Source: Wolbachia endosymbiont of Dirofilaria (Dirofilaria) immitis
Lineage (GTDB): Bacteria > Pseudomonadota > Alphaproteobacteria > Rickettsiales > Anaplasmataceae
Length of the DNA: 32,000 nt
Direction of reading: 5' to 3'
NCBI RefSeq assembly: GCF_013365455.1
Contig: NZ_CP046578.1
Location: 510,001-542,000, forward strand
Positions 1 through 10,441 of the stretch are shown piece after piece. The translations under genes and the position numbers were made by a program. The notes under the pieces were generated by a model. The model saw only the letters and a program-made list of their open reading frames with translations. It was not told the origin of the DNA and did not search any database. How positions within the stretch are numbered: position 1 is the first letter of the stretch; each line of letters begins with the position of its first letter.

Positions 1-168
1 CAATTCTCGCTTTATAAACTTGTTATTCTCCAAAAAGTTTCTTACTTTTCTAAAAATAATATCCCTTTTAATACTTTTTAACAAAACAGCTAGTTCCTGG
101 ACCATCTCTTCTACTTCCTGCTGTAACAAACCCTGCTGTACTACAAAAGTAAATTCATAAAGACTCAC
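1..168 (-). CDS. rpsF: Partial CDS running off the left edge, probably 30S ribosomal protein S6
   Basis: The reverse complement from a GTG at 168 is open for 56 codons to the window edge: (V/M)SLYEFTFVVQQGLLQQEVEEMVQELAVLLKSIKRDIIFRKVRNFLENNKFIKREL. The start resembles the S6 N-terminus (YEFTFI..QGL...EVE). It is co-oriented with dnaE and missing from the supplied ORF track. Confidence 0.5.
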   Translation of the reverse strand, partial: MSLYEFTFVVQQGLLQQEVEEMVQELAVLLKSIKRDIIFRKVRNFLENNKFIKREL

Positions 169-219
169 TATATTTTCCTTCCTTGATGCCGATCAAATTT
201 TCCATTATACAAGGATTTT

Positions 220-3200
220 TCATATAAGCAAGCTATTTGTATTAATCTCCATACCTTTAACCCAGCTTAAATTAGATATTTCACAAGCAATTTGAGGGGT
301 AATTGAATATGTATCCGGCAACAAGATACTTACCTTATACTTTCCACAGAAGAGTTTCAACATTATCTTGGTTCTGCCTCCATTTTTTAACACTGAATTT
401 AGCTCCTTAGCAATTTTTTGCGAGCCTTCATGCCCAGTTAAGACTAACCTCTCAATTATAGAAGTGATTCCATCTGTAAATTCAGATATACCCTTCCCTG
501 CTAATCTTGTAGTACTTTCTGAAGTTTCAAGGTCAATTATAACAAATGTTCCAGGTAAAAATAGATTTCTTTTCCCTTCTATTATTTTATTATTGTAAAA
601 TGCTATTTCAGAAATATTATATGGATCAGAAAGTGTGAGTATAACAAACCTTCCACGCTCTGAGGTTCTCATACGCACGTTTAATACTACACCAGCAGTT
701 TTTGTCGTTCTATTCTCTCCAACAAATCCAATGTTTAATTTTTTTAAAAGAGTTCTAAATTTTTTAAGTGGATGATTAGTTAAGTAAAATCCTAGCGAAA
801 ATAACTCATGCTCTAGTTTCTCTTCTTCATTAAAATCTTTCGTATCCTCAAGCTTCGGCTTTAGGACATCAAGATTATTAAATAAACCAGTTTGGTTTGA
901 CTCCTTATTTTGTCTATTTTTATTTGCAAAGTAAATCAATGTATCTATTGACTCATACAACTGCTTTCTGTTTTGATGTACACTATCAAATACCCCAGCC
1001 TTAATTAGGCTTTCTAGAGCTCTTTTATTTATCACATGCCCAGAATCTTGAATAAATTCCCATATATTCTGATAAGTGCCAGAATTTGTGCCTACTATTC
1101 CTTCTGCTATAGAGAAACCAACATTACGCAAAGCAGCAATACCATAGCGTATATGTTTACCTTCTATTGAAAATAGAGCTTGAGACTTATTTACGTCAGG
1201 TGGAAGAACAATAATTCCACAAAGCTTTGCAGTATGATAAAACAAATTCAGTTTATCCCTATCACCGATATTTAAATTCATCAAGGCTGTAAAAAACTCC
1301 AACGGATAGTTGGCCTTAAGGTAAGCCGTTTGATAAGATATCACTGCATATGCAGCTGCATGAGATTTATTAAATCCATAACCAGCAAATTTCGCAACAA
1401 GATCAAAAATATAACTTGCTCTATTATAATCAACACCATTTTTCATTGCTCCTTGGATAAAAAGTTCACGTTGTTTACCCATCTCTTCCTTGATTTTCTT
1501 ACCCATAGCACGCCTTAGTAGATCTGCCTCAGCTAGGCTGTATCCAGATAGAATACGTGCTATTTCCATTACCTGCTCTTGATAAATTATTACTCCAAAT
1601 GTTTCTTTTAATACTCCCTCAAGTAATGGATGGATATAATCTGGTTTTTCAAGTCCGTGTTTTCTTGCAATATAAGTCGGAATGTTATCCATAGGCCCTG
1701 GGCGATAAAGGGAGATCAAAGCGATAATATCTTCGATACAATCTGGTTTTAACTTGATTAAAGACTCTCTCATCCCAGAACTTTCAAGCTGGAACACTCC
1801 AATCGCATCACCTCTTGAGAGCATTTTATAGGTTCTATGATCATTCAAAGAAACTGAAGAAATATCAATTTTTTTTCCATCACGATCAATTAAACGGCAC
1901 ACATGATCTATTAGCGTCAGCGTGCCAAGACCAAGAAAATCAAACTTTATTAGTCCAGCTTTCTCTACATATTTCATGCTATACTGAGTTATTGGCAGAG
2001 GCGAATTTGGATCATAATAAACAGGAACAAAGTTTTCCAATTTCCGATCACATATGACAATCCCGGCAGCATGAGTCGAAACATGACGATATATTCCCTC
2101 AAGCTTAAGAGAGACATTAAGGAGCTTTGCAATCACCTCATCACTATCTCGTTCTTTCTGCAGATTTTGATCAAGCTTTATTGCTTGTGACAGAGTCACA
2201 GGATTTACCGGATTAAATGGAACCATCTTAGATATTTTATCTACCTGAGCATAAGGCATCTGTAATACTCTTCCAACATCTCGTAGCACAGCCCTTGCCT
2301 GTAATTTTCCAAAGGTAATTATTTGAGCAACATAACCGTACTTCTTTCGAACATAATCAATAACTAAGTCCCTCTTTTCTTGGCAGAAATCAATATCAAA
2401 GTCAGGCATTGACACACGATCAGGGTTTAAAAACCTTTCAAAAATCAGACCAAATTTTGTTGGATCAAGGTCTGTAATCTGCAGCGCCCAAGCAACAATT
2501 GATCCAGCACCAGAACCTCTTCCTGGACCAACTGGAATGCCATTTGCTTTACTCCAGCGGATAAAATCAGAAACTATCAAAAAGTATCCAGAATAATTCA
2601 TTGAAGTTATCACGTTCAGTTCATAATTTAGCCGATCGTAGTACTGTTCAAGGTTTATATCTATTCTATTTGCAATACGCAACTTCAAACCTGTAATCGC
2701 TTGCTCCCTCAGTTCTTCATTCTCAGTTTTATTCTCTCGACAAGGAAACTTAGGCAAAATAGGCTGTCTACTTCTTGGCATGTAAGAACACCGTCTAGCT
2801 ACTACTAAAGTATTATGAATTGCTTCAGGAATATCACTAAATAACTTCTTCATTTCCACCACAGACTTAAAATAATGCTCAGTGGTTGCTTTTTTTCTAT
2901 TCTTCTTAAGAGAATAACTTCCCTCTGATATACACGTTAATATATCATAAGCTTCATAGTCAGACTTATTTAAAAAAAACACGTCATTCGTTGCAACAAG
3001 TGGTATATTGTGCTGGTAAGCAAAGCTTATCAAAGTTCCTTCAAGTTCCAATTTTTTACTAAGTCCATGACGCTGCAATTCAACATATAAACGACCATTA
3101 AATGCTGAAAGCAGCCTTTTTACTGCTTCCCTATCTTGTCTCAATAACAGTTGAGATAATATCCCATCATATCCACCGGTCAAAGTGATCAGACCTGAAC

Positions 3201-3567
3201 TTAAACCTAACAGCTCAGCAAAATCAACATAAGGAACATCATTGCTGCTTTCGCGCTTTCTAAAAGACTCACTTACCAAAGTGACTAAATTGGCATAACC
3301 TTGCTCACTTTTTGCAAGCACCAATATAGGTAAATTTTGTTCTAAGTGCCGAATTATAATATCACATCCTACTATTAGTTGTATACCCATACTTGCCGCA
3401 TATTCTGCAAATTCAAGCGAACCAAATAAGTTACCTGAATCAGTAACTGCAACTGCTGGCATCCTATATTGTAAGCAAAGATCGATAAGTTCCTCAATTT
3501 TAACTGAACTCTCAAGCAACGAATAAATACTGTGAACACGCAAGTGTATAAACATAAAAAACTTCAA
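220..3567 (-). CDS. dnaE: DNA polymerase III subunit alpha
   Basis: 1115-aa ORF with the N-terminal PHP-type HLRVHS motif, VGPGRGSGAGSIVAWAL and the catalytic PDFDIDFCQEKRD motif, plus YQEQVMEIA..L.GYSLAEADLLRRAMGKK and GYGFNKSHAAAYAVISYQTAYLKA. Confidence 0.98.
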   Translation of the reverse strand: MKFFMFIHLRVHSIYSLLESSVKIEELIDLCLQYRMPAVAVTDSGNLFGSLEFAEYAASMGIQLIVGCDIIIRHLEQNLPILVLAKSEQGYANLVTLVSESFRKRESSNDVPYVDFAELLGLSSGLITLTGGYDGILSQLLLRQDREAVKRLLSAFNGRLYVELQRHGLSKKLELEGTLISFAYQHNIPLVATNDVFFLNKSDYEAYDILTCISEGSYSLKKNRKKATTEHYFKSVVEMKKLFSDIPEAIHNTLVVARRCSYMPRSRQPILPKFPCRENKTENEELREQAITGLKLRIANRIDINLEQYYDRLNYELNVITSMNYSGYFLIVSDFIRWSKANGIPVGPGRGSGAGSIVAWALQITDLDPTKFGLIFERFLNPDRVSMPDFDIDFCQEKRDLVIDYVRKKYGYVAQIITFGKLQARAVLRDVGRVLQMPYAQVDKISKMVPFNPVNPVTLSQAIKLDQNLQKERDSDEVIAKLLNVSLKLEGIYRHVSTHAAGIVICDRKLENFVPVYYDPNSPLPITQYSMKYVEKAGLIKFDFLGLGTLTLIDHVCRLIDRDGKKIDISSVSLNDHRTYKMLSRGDAIGVFQLESSGMRESLIKLKPDCIEDIIALISLYRPGPMDNIPTYIARKHGLEKPDYIHPLLEGVLKETFGVIIYQEQVMEIARILSGYSLAEADLLRRAMGKKIKEEMGKQRELFIQGAMKNGVDYNRASYIFDLVAKFAGYGFNKSHAAAYAVISYQTAYLKANYPLEFFTALMNLNIGDRDKLNLFYHTAKLCGIIVLPPDVNKSQALFSIEGKHIRYGIAALRNVGFSIAEGIVGTNSGTYQNIWEFIQDSGHVINKRALESLIKAGVFDSVHQNRKQLYESIDTLIYFANKNRQNKESNQTGLFNNLDVLKPKLEDTKDFNEEEKLEHELFSLGFYLTNHPLKKFRTLLKKLNIGFVGENRTTKTAGVVLNVRMRTSERGRFVILTLSDPYNISEIAFYNNKIIEGKRNLFLPGTFVIIDLETSESTTRLAGKGISEFTDGITSIIERLVLTGHEGSQKIAKELNSVLKNGGRTKIMLKLFCGKYKVSILLPDTYSITPQIACEISNLSWVKGMEINTNSLLI

Positions 3568-4017
3568 GCCAGTAATAAGAGAATACCATTGATTTATCTA
3601 TAAGGATACAATTTCATAGAAACAAAAGCTTACCCAATGTACAATAAAACTCCTTAATAATCTTCAACTCTTTTTTTACCGTATGTACCTTATGCTAACC
3701 CTTCTAAGTCTTCTATATAAGCTAAACATACACTTATAAAGCACTTAAGATAACACAAAAAATAGTACAGGATTAAGAGTAAGAACAAATAATTAGCCAC
3801 TAAAGCTCTTCTTTTACTTTTTTTCTTCGTTTAATAAATTTTTTTAAGCACTCATACTTTGTAGTCCAACAGATACTATCTCAAGTCCAAGTGTTAGGCT
3901 CCAGGAGCTTTTTGAGTTAGTGAAGCATAAAGTAACTACTTCATACAGAAAGTGACCTTTCATAGGAAATTATGACAATCAGTATCAATTACTTAGACGT
4001 AACCTCTCTAGGCTTAT

Positions 4018-4836
4018 TTATTCCATTGTATGCAACTTCAGCTCTTCAATATATAAACTCTCCAACCCTACTTTATAATTAGGGTAAATTAGAGAAATAC
4101 TAAGATCTTTTTTAATTTTAACATTACTCACTTTTTTTGACCCTAAGTAAAAACTTTGTGCATAATCTGGTAAAGAGGAAACTTCTATCGGCTCTGGAAC
4201 GCTAACGTTTAGAAGTTTAGCTGCGTATGTTATCACTTCAGATTGTGTAGCAGGTAAATCGTCTGCACAGTTATATATTTCCCCAGGTTTCATATTTTGC
4301 ATAGAAGAAAATAGAATATTAGATATATCTTCAACATGAATACGAGAAAAAAGATGCCCTTCTCTTTGTACATTTCTTGCTTTATTAAGCCGTAAGTTAA
4401 CTAACATGTTTCTGCCAGGACCATATATTCCAGCTAAACGAAAAATATGCACAGGTAACTTACTATTTAGCCATTTCTTTTCAGATTTAAGGCGGCTTTT
4501 CCCTCTACTTTCTACAGGTTTTGTTTCAGATTCTTCTGTAACCCAATTACCAAAATGATCACCATAGACAATAGTTGCAGATAAATACCCAAGCCATCTA
4601 ATATCTTGAAAGTAATGACCATATCTCTCTAATACGTCATCACCATCCGGTGGAATGGAAACTAAAATATGTGTTACGTTTTGAAATATATCTTTATTTA
4701 TTTTCTCGTAATCAAAGAGATTAATGCTTTGTATGCCTTGATTTCTTGAAGTACCATTAATTTTCCAACCTAAGCCTAGCAAATTTTTTGATAAAAATTT
4801 AGCTACATACCCATACCCAAAGCAAAACAAGCGCAT
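4018..4836 (-). CDS. NAD-dependent epimerase/SDR-family protein (YeeZ-like)
   Basis: 272-aa ORF. FCFGYGYVAKFLSKNLL is an atypical glycine-rich nucleotide-binding start, followed by YLSATIVYGDHFGNWVTEES and FRLAGIYGPGRN. Confidence 0.85.
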   Translation of the reverse strand: MRLFCFGYGYVAKFLSKNLLGLGWKINGTSRNQGIQSINLFDYEKINKDIFQNVTHILVSIPPDGDDVLERYGHYFQDIRWLGYLSATIVYGDHFGNWVTEESETKPVESRGKSRLKSEKKWLNSKLPVHIFRLAGIYGPGRNMLVNLRLNKARNVQREGHLFSRIHVEDISNILFSSMQNMKPGEIYNCADDLPATQSEVITYAAKLLNVSVPEPIEVSSLPDYAQSFYLGSKKVSNVKIKKDLSISLIYPNYKVGLESLYIEELKLHTME

Positions 4837-4841
4837 GGAAA

Positions 4842-5486
4842 CTAGCTTTTAAAATTTTTCTTAATAAACTCTACACCTAACTTTATCCCCTCCTCGTTGA
4901 TAATATGTCCTAACGCATGAATTGGGTATCCTTCAACATTTACCCCACTTTTCTTTAGAGCTTCAACCATCAAGTTAAGAGAAGAAAAAGGCACTATATC
5001 ATCAGCGTCACCATGAATGACACACACATTAGGTTTTGATTTGATCTTTGGTATAACTTTTGAAGGCAGGAGAAACCTACCAGAATATACAACAACTGAT
5101 GCGCAAGATTGAGGGCGGGCAAGGGCTGTATGTATAGCAAGCATTGCCCCTTGAGAAAATCCAACTAAAGAAAGCTGTATATCTTTTAAGCCAAATTCCC
5201 TCAATTTTGTATCAATAAAATGATTTACTATTAACGTAGCATTTTTTATCCCATTATACAATACTTCCTCACTGTAATCTTCTAAACTAAACCACTGATA
5301 GCCGTCACCTATTTCTCTTTTAAATGGAGCATCTGGTACTATAAAACATGAATCAGGTAAAGACTTGCTCATAACTTTAGCAAGATGAACAAAGTTATCA
5401 CCGCTTGATCCCCAGCCATGCAAACAAACAACCAAATTTTTCTTATTTCCGCTTGCACAAATTTCTGGACCTTTAAGTTCAATCAT
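4842..5486 (-). CDS. Phospholipase/carboxylesterase family alpha/beta hydrolase
   Basis: 214-aa ORF with VVCLHGWGSSGDNF, the GFSQGAM nucleophile elbow and the late motifs VIHGDADDIVPF and HALGHIINEEG. Confidence 0.92.
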   Translation of the reverse strand: MIELKGPEICASGNKKNLVVCLHGWGSSGDNFVHLAKVMSKSLPDSCFIVPDAPFKREIGDGYQWFSLEDYSEEVLYNGIKNATLIVNHFIDTKLREFGLKDIQLSLVGFSQGAMLAIHTALARPQSCASVVVYSGRFLLPSKVIPKIKSKPNVCVIHGDADDIVPFSSLNLMVEALKKSGVNVEGYPIHALGHIINEEGIKLGVEFIKKNFKS

Positions 5487-5645
5487 TCCTTCATTCCTTT
5501 TTTTTGTATTTACACTTTTAATCTAGCATTAGTTTATGCTTTTGTAAAAGCTTATATCTCTATGTCCTCATTTTAATGATAAAAGAAAATTGCATTTGTA
5601 TAACGGTTTATTTAAGTATATATTTTAGTTTACTTAACAAAAACT

Positions 5646-5945
5646 ATGAATATTGATGATGAAGTAGTTTTAAAGATTTACAAACCAACAAAAACTGCAA
5701 CTCAATCTGGTCTAGGCAATACACGCTTTTGGTATCTAAAAACTAAGCCAGATTTCTATTATATTGAGCCTCTAATGGGGTGGGTTGGCTCAAAAAACCC
5801 AAAAAAGCAAATCATATTAAAGTTTAGTTCCCTCGAGCAAGCAATATCTTACGTAAAAAAACGCAACGTTAAATATATAATTGAAATGCCAAAAAGCATT
5901 AGGAGGTTACCAAAATCTTACGCAAGTAATTTTATACCAAAGTAA
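5646..5945 (+). CDS. ETC complex I subunit, NDUFS4-like family
   Basis: 99-aa ORF: VVLKIYKPTKTATQSGLGNTRFWYLK...PLMGWVGSKNPKKQIILKFSSLEQAISYVKKRNVKYII, characteristic of the alphaproteobacterial NDUFS4-like family. Confidence 0.88.
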   Translation: MNIDDEVVLKIYKPTKTATQSGLGNTRFWYLKTKPDFYYIEPLMGWVGSKNPKKQIILKFSSLEQAISYVKKRNVKYIIEMPKSIRRLPKSYASNFIPK

Positions 5946-7339
5946 GTTTTATTGTAGTTTAAACCTTCCAGTGTCAGTTACTTAAGTGCAAGAAGCAACT
6001 TAATATAAATAATATTTAGTATTCTAATTATAGAGTATACTGCCTTATTAGTAAATTAACTAATACTCTCATCATAATACTGGTTACCTGTAAATTTATT
6101 GTGCGGTTTCTATGAGTAACAAATGAACACCTTTTAAGGATAGTGCTAAGGAAAAATACTTAGCTTTTAAATAACCTTAAAAACATTTACAAAGATACTA
6201 AGAACAGTAACACATCATAATCCTTTTACCAAATATAGTAACCACATTGATAAACCATACGAAATTACTAAGATTGCTTTGCGAAGTTCTGTAACAGCAC
6301 TAGACTATCTTCATACCACCTTCATCATTATCCTATATTGAAGAAAGGAAATGGGATCTAAAATTTGAAATTTACAATTGTAAATGGCAGAAAGAACTAA
6401 ATGAGCTAACATAAATCACTCTGTACACAAAAACTTCTTCAAAAAAAACAAAAGTAGATTTCATAAATAATATGAATTTCTTTATATATTATCAATAATA
6501 GGCTAATAAATGTAGAACTTCAATATACACCATATAAGGAAATTCCTGGCAGCAGCATTAAAGCATATTGGAAGCATTTCTCAGTGTAACCTAAAACTAC
6601 TAATAATAGCACAAGATTAAGAATAGTAACCACTGTTTTAGACAGAGAAGGAAAATACCATCGATTCACTAGACAATAAGGTGTTACAAAAAAAATATAA
6701 TACCTTCCAACATAGAAGAAGCAGAAAAACAATAGTAAGTGAAGTGATATACTATCTAATATACAGATAATACGTCACCATCAAGCGCATTTATTAAACT
6801 TCTTATAAAAGGTCTTATAGATAATAACTAAAAAATTTACTAAAATTAATGACAAACAATTACAAGCCTAGACCTAAAAGATAATACCGACAATAGTAAT
6901 AAAGAATTAACAAAAAAATCTTAGTAACCAGAATAGTAATCAATTAATTTAATATCAGAAGAAGTAGTATTCTATATTAATACTGTTAGAAAGTATAAAT
7001 TACTATTTAATATTTTCATCAACACACTAAACCTTAAATGGAGACCAAAAAGGCGTTTCCTCTCTAACCTTTTTTACTATAACTTCAGATCAAAGTCTTT
7101 TTAACTCTTATTTCCAAAACTTCTATGTGTACTCCACCTAATAGCCCTAAAATTTTGAGCTTATACAGTATTACTTACCTTTTTTAGTCTGATTTTGTAC
7201 TGGCACTTTAAACATCACTCAACTATTTTACTAGATACTATTGGTCAATAGTTACCTTATTTGTTATTCTTCTATAATTTTCTACAAAACCCTAAGAATA
7301 TCCGTACCTTTAAAACCTAAAGCATACATAAAGTGATGA

Positions 7340-7938
7340 GAGCAAAGTCTTATCATTTTTTTTAAATATTGCAGAGCTGCTACAAGTAGAAAAAATTTTC
7401 ACCAAACCAGGCACAAAATAAATAGTAGAACACCCAACCACTATTGCCTGTCTCAGACCTCTACATAAATGCAAGCCAACCAACACCACACATAAAAATC
7501 ACAATTGTACCAACTAAACAGCTTAAAGAATTTCGTATAAGCAATCTACACTTAGAACTTAACAATTTATCCACCATACCATTACTATAACAGCAGCTAA
7601 AAAGCCAATTAAATATCCACCTATTGCCCCAAGAAGAGTAAAATAATCAACAGGAAAATCTACAAAAATGGGAAACCATGACACACTAAGCAATATATAC
7701 ACAAGCACAGAATAAAATGCTGTTTTGTGATCAAATCTGAGCCCAATGAGCACATCACTCCTAAACTTTGCAGTGTGATAGGTACGGGATGAAGAGGTAT
7801 GCATATTTGACTCATTAGAAATAAGAGTAAAACGCAAGAGAAAATTTTAACTAATATTAACTTACTGCTAGGTTGTGTATAAACATGCCTATCAAAATAA
7901 AACACGTTTATACTAATTATATTTATAGAATTCTGCAA
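7340..7938 (-). pseudogene. bioY: Degraded biotin transporter BioY (several frameshifts and an internal stop)
   Basis: The two track ORFs (7660..7938 and 7559..7837) join in different frames as ...PLHPVPITLQSLGVM / LIGLRFDHKTAFYSVLVYILLSVSWFPIFVDFPVDYFTLLGAIGGYLIGFLAAVIV. A third frame continues as NGMVDKLLSSKCRLLIRNSLSCLVGTIVIFMCGVGWLAFM*. After another frame change comes LRQAIVVG.STIYFVPGLVKIFS. The downstream boundary is approximate. Confidence 0.88.
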
Positions 7939-7993
7939 TTCAAATTTTGCTTACATTGTGTTACAATAAATTAATTTATATACTTAAATAGAA

Positions 7994-8551
7994 ATGATGA
8001 ATACACAAGATTTATTGGCATTGATGAAAATAAGACACAGTGGGTGTTTATATGATCCAGATAAAGTAGTAAATCAAGAAAAGATCAATGCTTTAATAGA
8101 AGCAGCTCGGCTTTCTCCTTCATGTTTTGGTGATGAACCTTGGAGATATATAATATGTAATAAGCAAAGTAATCAAAATTCATGGAAAAAATTACTGAGT
8201 TGCCTTGATGAATCTAATCAAAAGTGGGCAAAAAAAGCACAAGTATTGATCATATCATTAAGTGCTAAAAATTTCCGGAAGCTAGATAAAGGAAAAAATT
8301 TTTGGGCTAAGCACGACACCGGTGCAGCAAATTATGCGCTTATGTTACAGGCCGCATCGACAAACTTAATGGCACATCAAGTAGGCGGATTCGATAGAAA
8401 CAAGATAGTAAAAAGATTCAATATACCTAATGATTTCAACATAACATCAGTAATAGCAGTTGGTTACGAAGAAGAAGGCACTGAAGTTCAGGAAAAAAAA
8501 AGAAGGCCAATAGAGGAAATATTCTTTTACGATGAGTGGCCATTGAGCTAA
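7994..8551 (+). CDS. Nitroreductase family protein
   Basis: 185-aa ORF: MKIRHSGCLYDPDKVVNQEKINALIEAARLSPSCFGDEPWRYIIC, ...HDTGAANYALMLQAASTNLMAHQVGGFDRNKI, VIAVGY. Confidence 0.92.
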   Translation: MMNTQDLLALMKIRHSGCLYDPDKVVNQEKINALIEAARLSPSCFGDEPWRYIICNKQSNQNSWKKLLSCLDESNQKWAKKAQVLIISLSAKNFRKLDKGKNFWAKHDTGAANYALMLQAASTNLMAHQVGGFDRNKIVKRFNIPNDFNITSVIAVGYEEEGTEVQEKKRRPIEEIFFYDEWPLS

Positions 8552-9639
8552 CTTGATCACTCTTCTTCAGCACCATAAAATATAGTTGTTTGGTAAGTAG
8601 GTTTTTCTTATTTTCAAACTCATAATTTATGCTATTCTATATAGCTTAGTAAAAGTCATAAAGAGCAGAATGCCAACTGCTTCATTAAGAATGGGGAAGA
8701 GATTTTCAGATAGTATTTAAGTACTTTTGAACAGCAATGTCATCAAATCCTTCAACAAAAATCTTATAACTTACATATTATACTTCCCTTAAAAAACTTT
8801 TATGGGTCCCACACGCATGGTTTAACTTACCTTTACTCTCCAATACTCTACTCTATTTCTATCATATTGGAAAACTGAATATATCTTGATAAGAAAATCT
8901 TTCCCAGTTTAATTTTAAGTTTGTATAAGCAAAAGGTTTGTACATATAGTAAATAAAAAATATTTTAATTACCAATTGGTTCAGTTCATTAAAAGTACTG
9001 AGACCAGTATAACTACTGCTACCAAAACTATAGTTGTTTCTTAGTCAACTTTGCGAATGCTTCTGGTAAAGATTATAAAACTAAACAGATGATTTTAGAC
9101 TCCATCTCAGTAGCTTACCTAATAGTATCGAGCTGAGTGCCAAATAGTCCTCCTAAGATATTGAATCAATAATAGCGTGATGTTTTTTTTTAAGCCTTCT
9201 TACAAAGCATTGCTAAAGCTTTTTTATTTTTGAAAACCTCAACTTAGTATAGTTGTAAATCATATTTACTATTATTACTTCTCCTTCTACTTCAATCTAG
9301 ACCAGTTGAGCATTACCAGCACTACTAGTATTTTTTATTGATTAAAAAACACCTAAAGTATTTTTAAGTACTCCCAGATCTTTAGAAACCATATCCAACA
9401 ATATAATCTATATTACCAAAAGAAAAAGTTATATTGCGTGTAGTTTCAAATTTATCAAGAGTAGGATAAATAAAGCCAATTTTACACTTCTTACCTCTTT
9501 CCTTTTTAACCTAAGTCCAACTGAAAGATAATTTTATTGTTGCTTGATATTAATTCAACATCCATACTACAAAAAACTTCAGTGTATAAAAACAGCTGCA
9601 ACCAGAAAAGAAATTTTTGTTTATATAGTCTTTACTATA

Positions 9640-10434
9640 ATGATAAGCAGTTTAACAGATAAAACTTCCTATATCAAGATGCACGGCACTGGTAACAACT
9701 TCGTTATCATAGACTCACGTGTAACAAATAACTTAGAATGGAGCTATAGAGAAATCGCAAACCAAAACGGATGCGATCAAGTAATAGTCATCACTGACTC
9801 TAGTACAGCTGATTGCTTTATGCACATTTATAATGCTGACGGTAGCAAAGTTGAAATGTGTGGGAATGCAGCGCGTTGCGTTGGATATCTGACAATGTTA
9901 GAAAAAGATACTGAGTATGCTACCATTGAGCTAGTAAATAATCGTATTTTAGAGTGTTTTAAAGTCAGTGACAAATTCATAAAGGTTAATATGGGTAAGC
10001 CCTTACTTAAATGGCATGAAATTCCTTTATCTATTGAATGTAACACTCTTTATTTACCTATAAAACTCGAGATGCTAAAAGATCCAGTCGCAGTAAATAT
10101 TGGTAACCCTCACATAATTTTTTTTGTTGATAATGTAGATACAATACCATTACTAAACTTAGGACCAAAATTGGAAAACCATGTATTCTTTCCAAAAAAA
10201 ACCAATGTTAGTATTGCACAGATTAAAAAATCTGGAGAAATAGCTTTGAGAGTCTGGGAAAGAGGTGCAGGTAACACTGCTTCATGTAGTAGTGCAGCTT
10301 GTGCAGCATTCGTCGCATCTATACTTCGTAAGTATTTAACTACTAAGCAAACTTCAGTAAGTTTACCAGGAGGAAACTTATTAGTTAAATGGACAAATAA
10401 TGTATATGTAGCTGGCAATGTAGGGTTTCTATAA
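9640..10434 (+). CDS. dapF: Diaminopimelate epimerase (start placed at the internal ATG at 9640 rather than the track start at 9544)
   Basis: MISSLTDKTSYIKMHGTGNNFVIIDSR with the active-site motifs MCGNAARCVGY and ERGAGNTASCSSAACAAFVA. Confidence 0.95.
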   Translation: MISSLTDKTSYIKMHGTGNNFVIIDSRVTNNLEWSYREIANQNGCDQVIVITDSSTADCFMHIYNADGSKVEMCGNAARCVGYLTMLEKDTEYATIELVNNRILECFKVSDKFIKVNMGKPLLKWHEIPLSIECNTLYLPIKLEMLKDPVAVNIGNPHIIFFVDNVDTIPLLNLGPKLENHVFFPKKTNVSIAQIKKSGEIALRVWERGAGNTASCSSAACAAFVASILRKYLTTKQTSVSLPGGNLLVKWTNNVYVAGNVGFL

Positions 10435-10441
10435 CGATACT

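Noticed and set aside
6520-6732. Minus-strand 70-aa ORF (MFFCFFYVGRYYIFFVTPYC...)
   Set aside because: The aromatic-rich composition is typical of translated AT-rich non-coding DNA, and no family motif is visible.
9544-9639. N-terminal extension of the dapF ORF (MILIQHPYYKKLQCIKTAATRKEIFVYIVFTI)
   Set aside because: It does not resemble DapF, which conventionally begins close to the KMHGTGNNF motif; the ATG at 9640 fits better.
10110-10418. Minus-strand 102-aa ORF, and the similar 9828..10046 ORF
   Set aside because: Both lie antisense within dapF, whose active-site motifs are clear on the plus strand.
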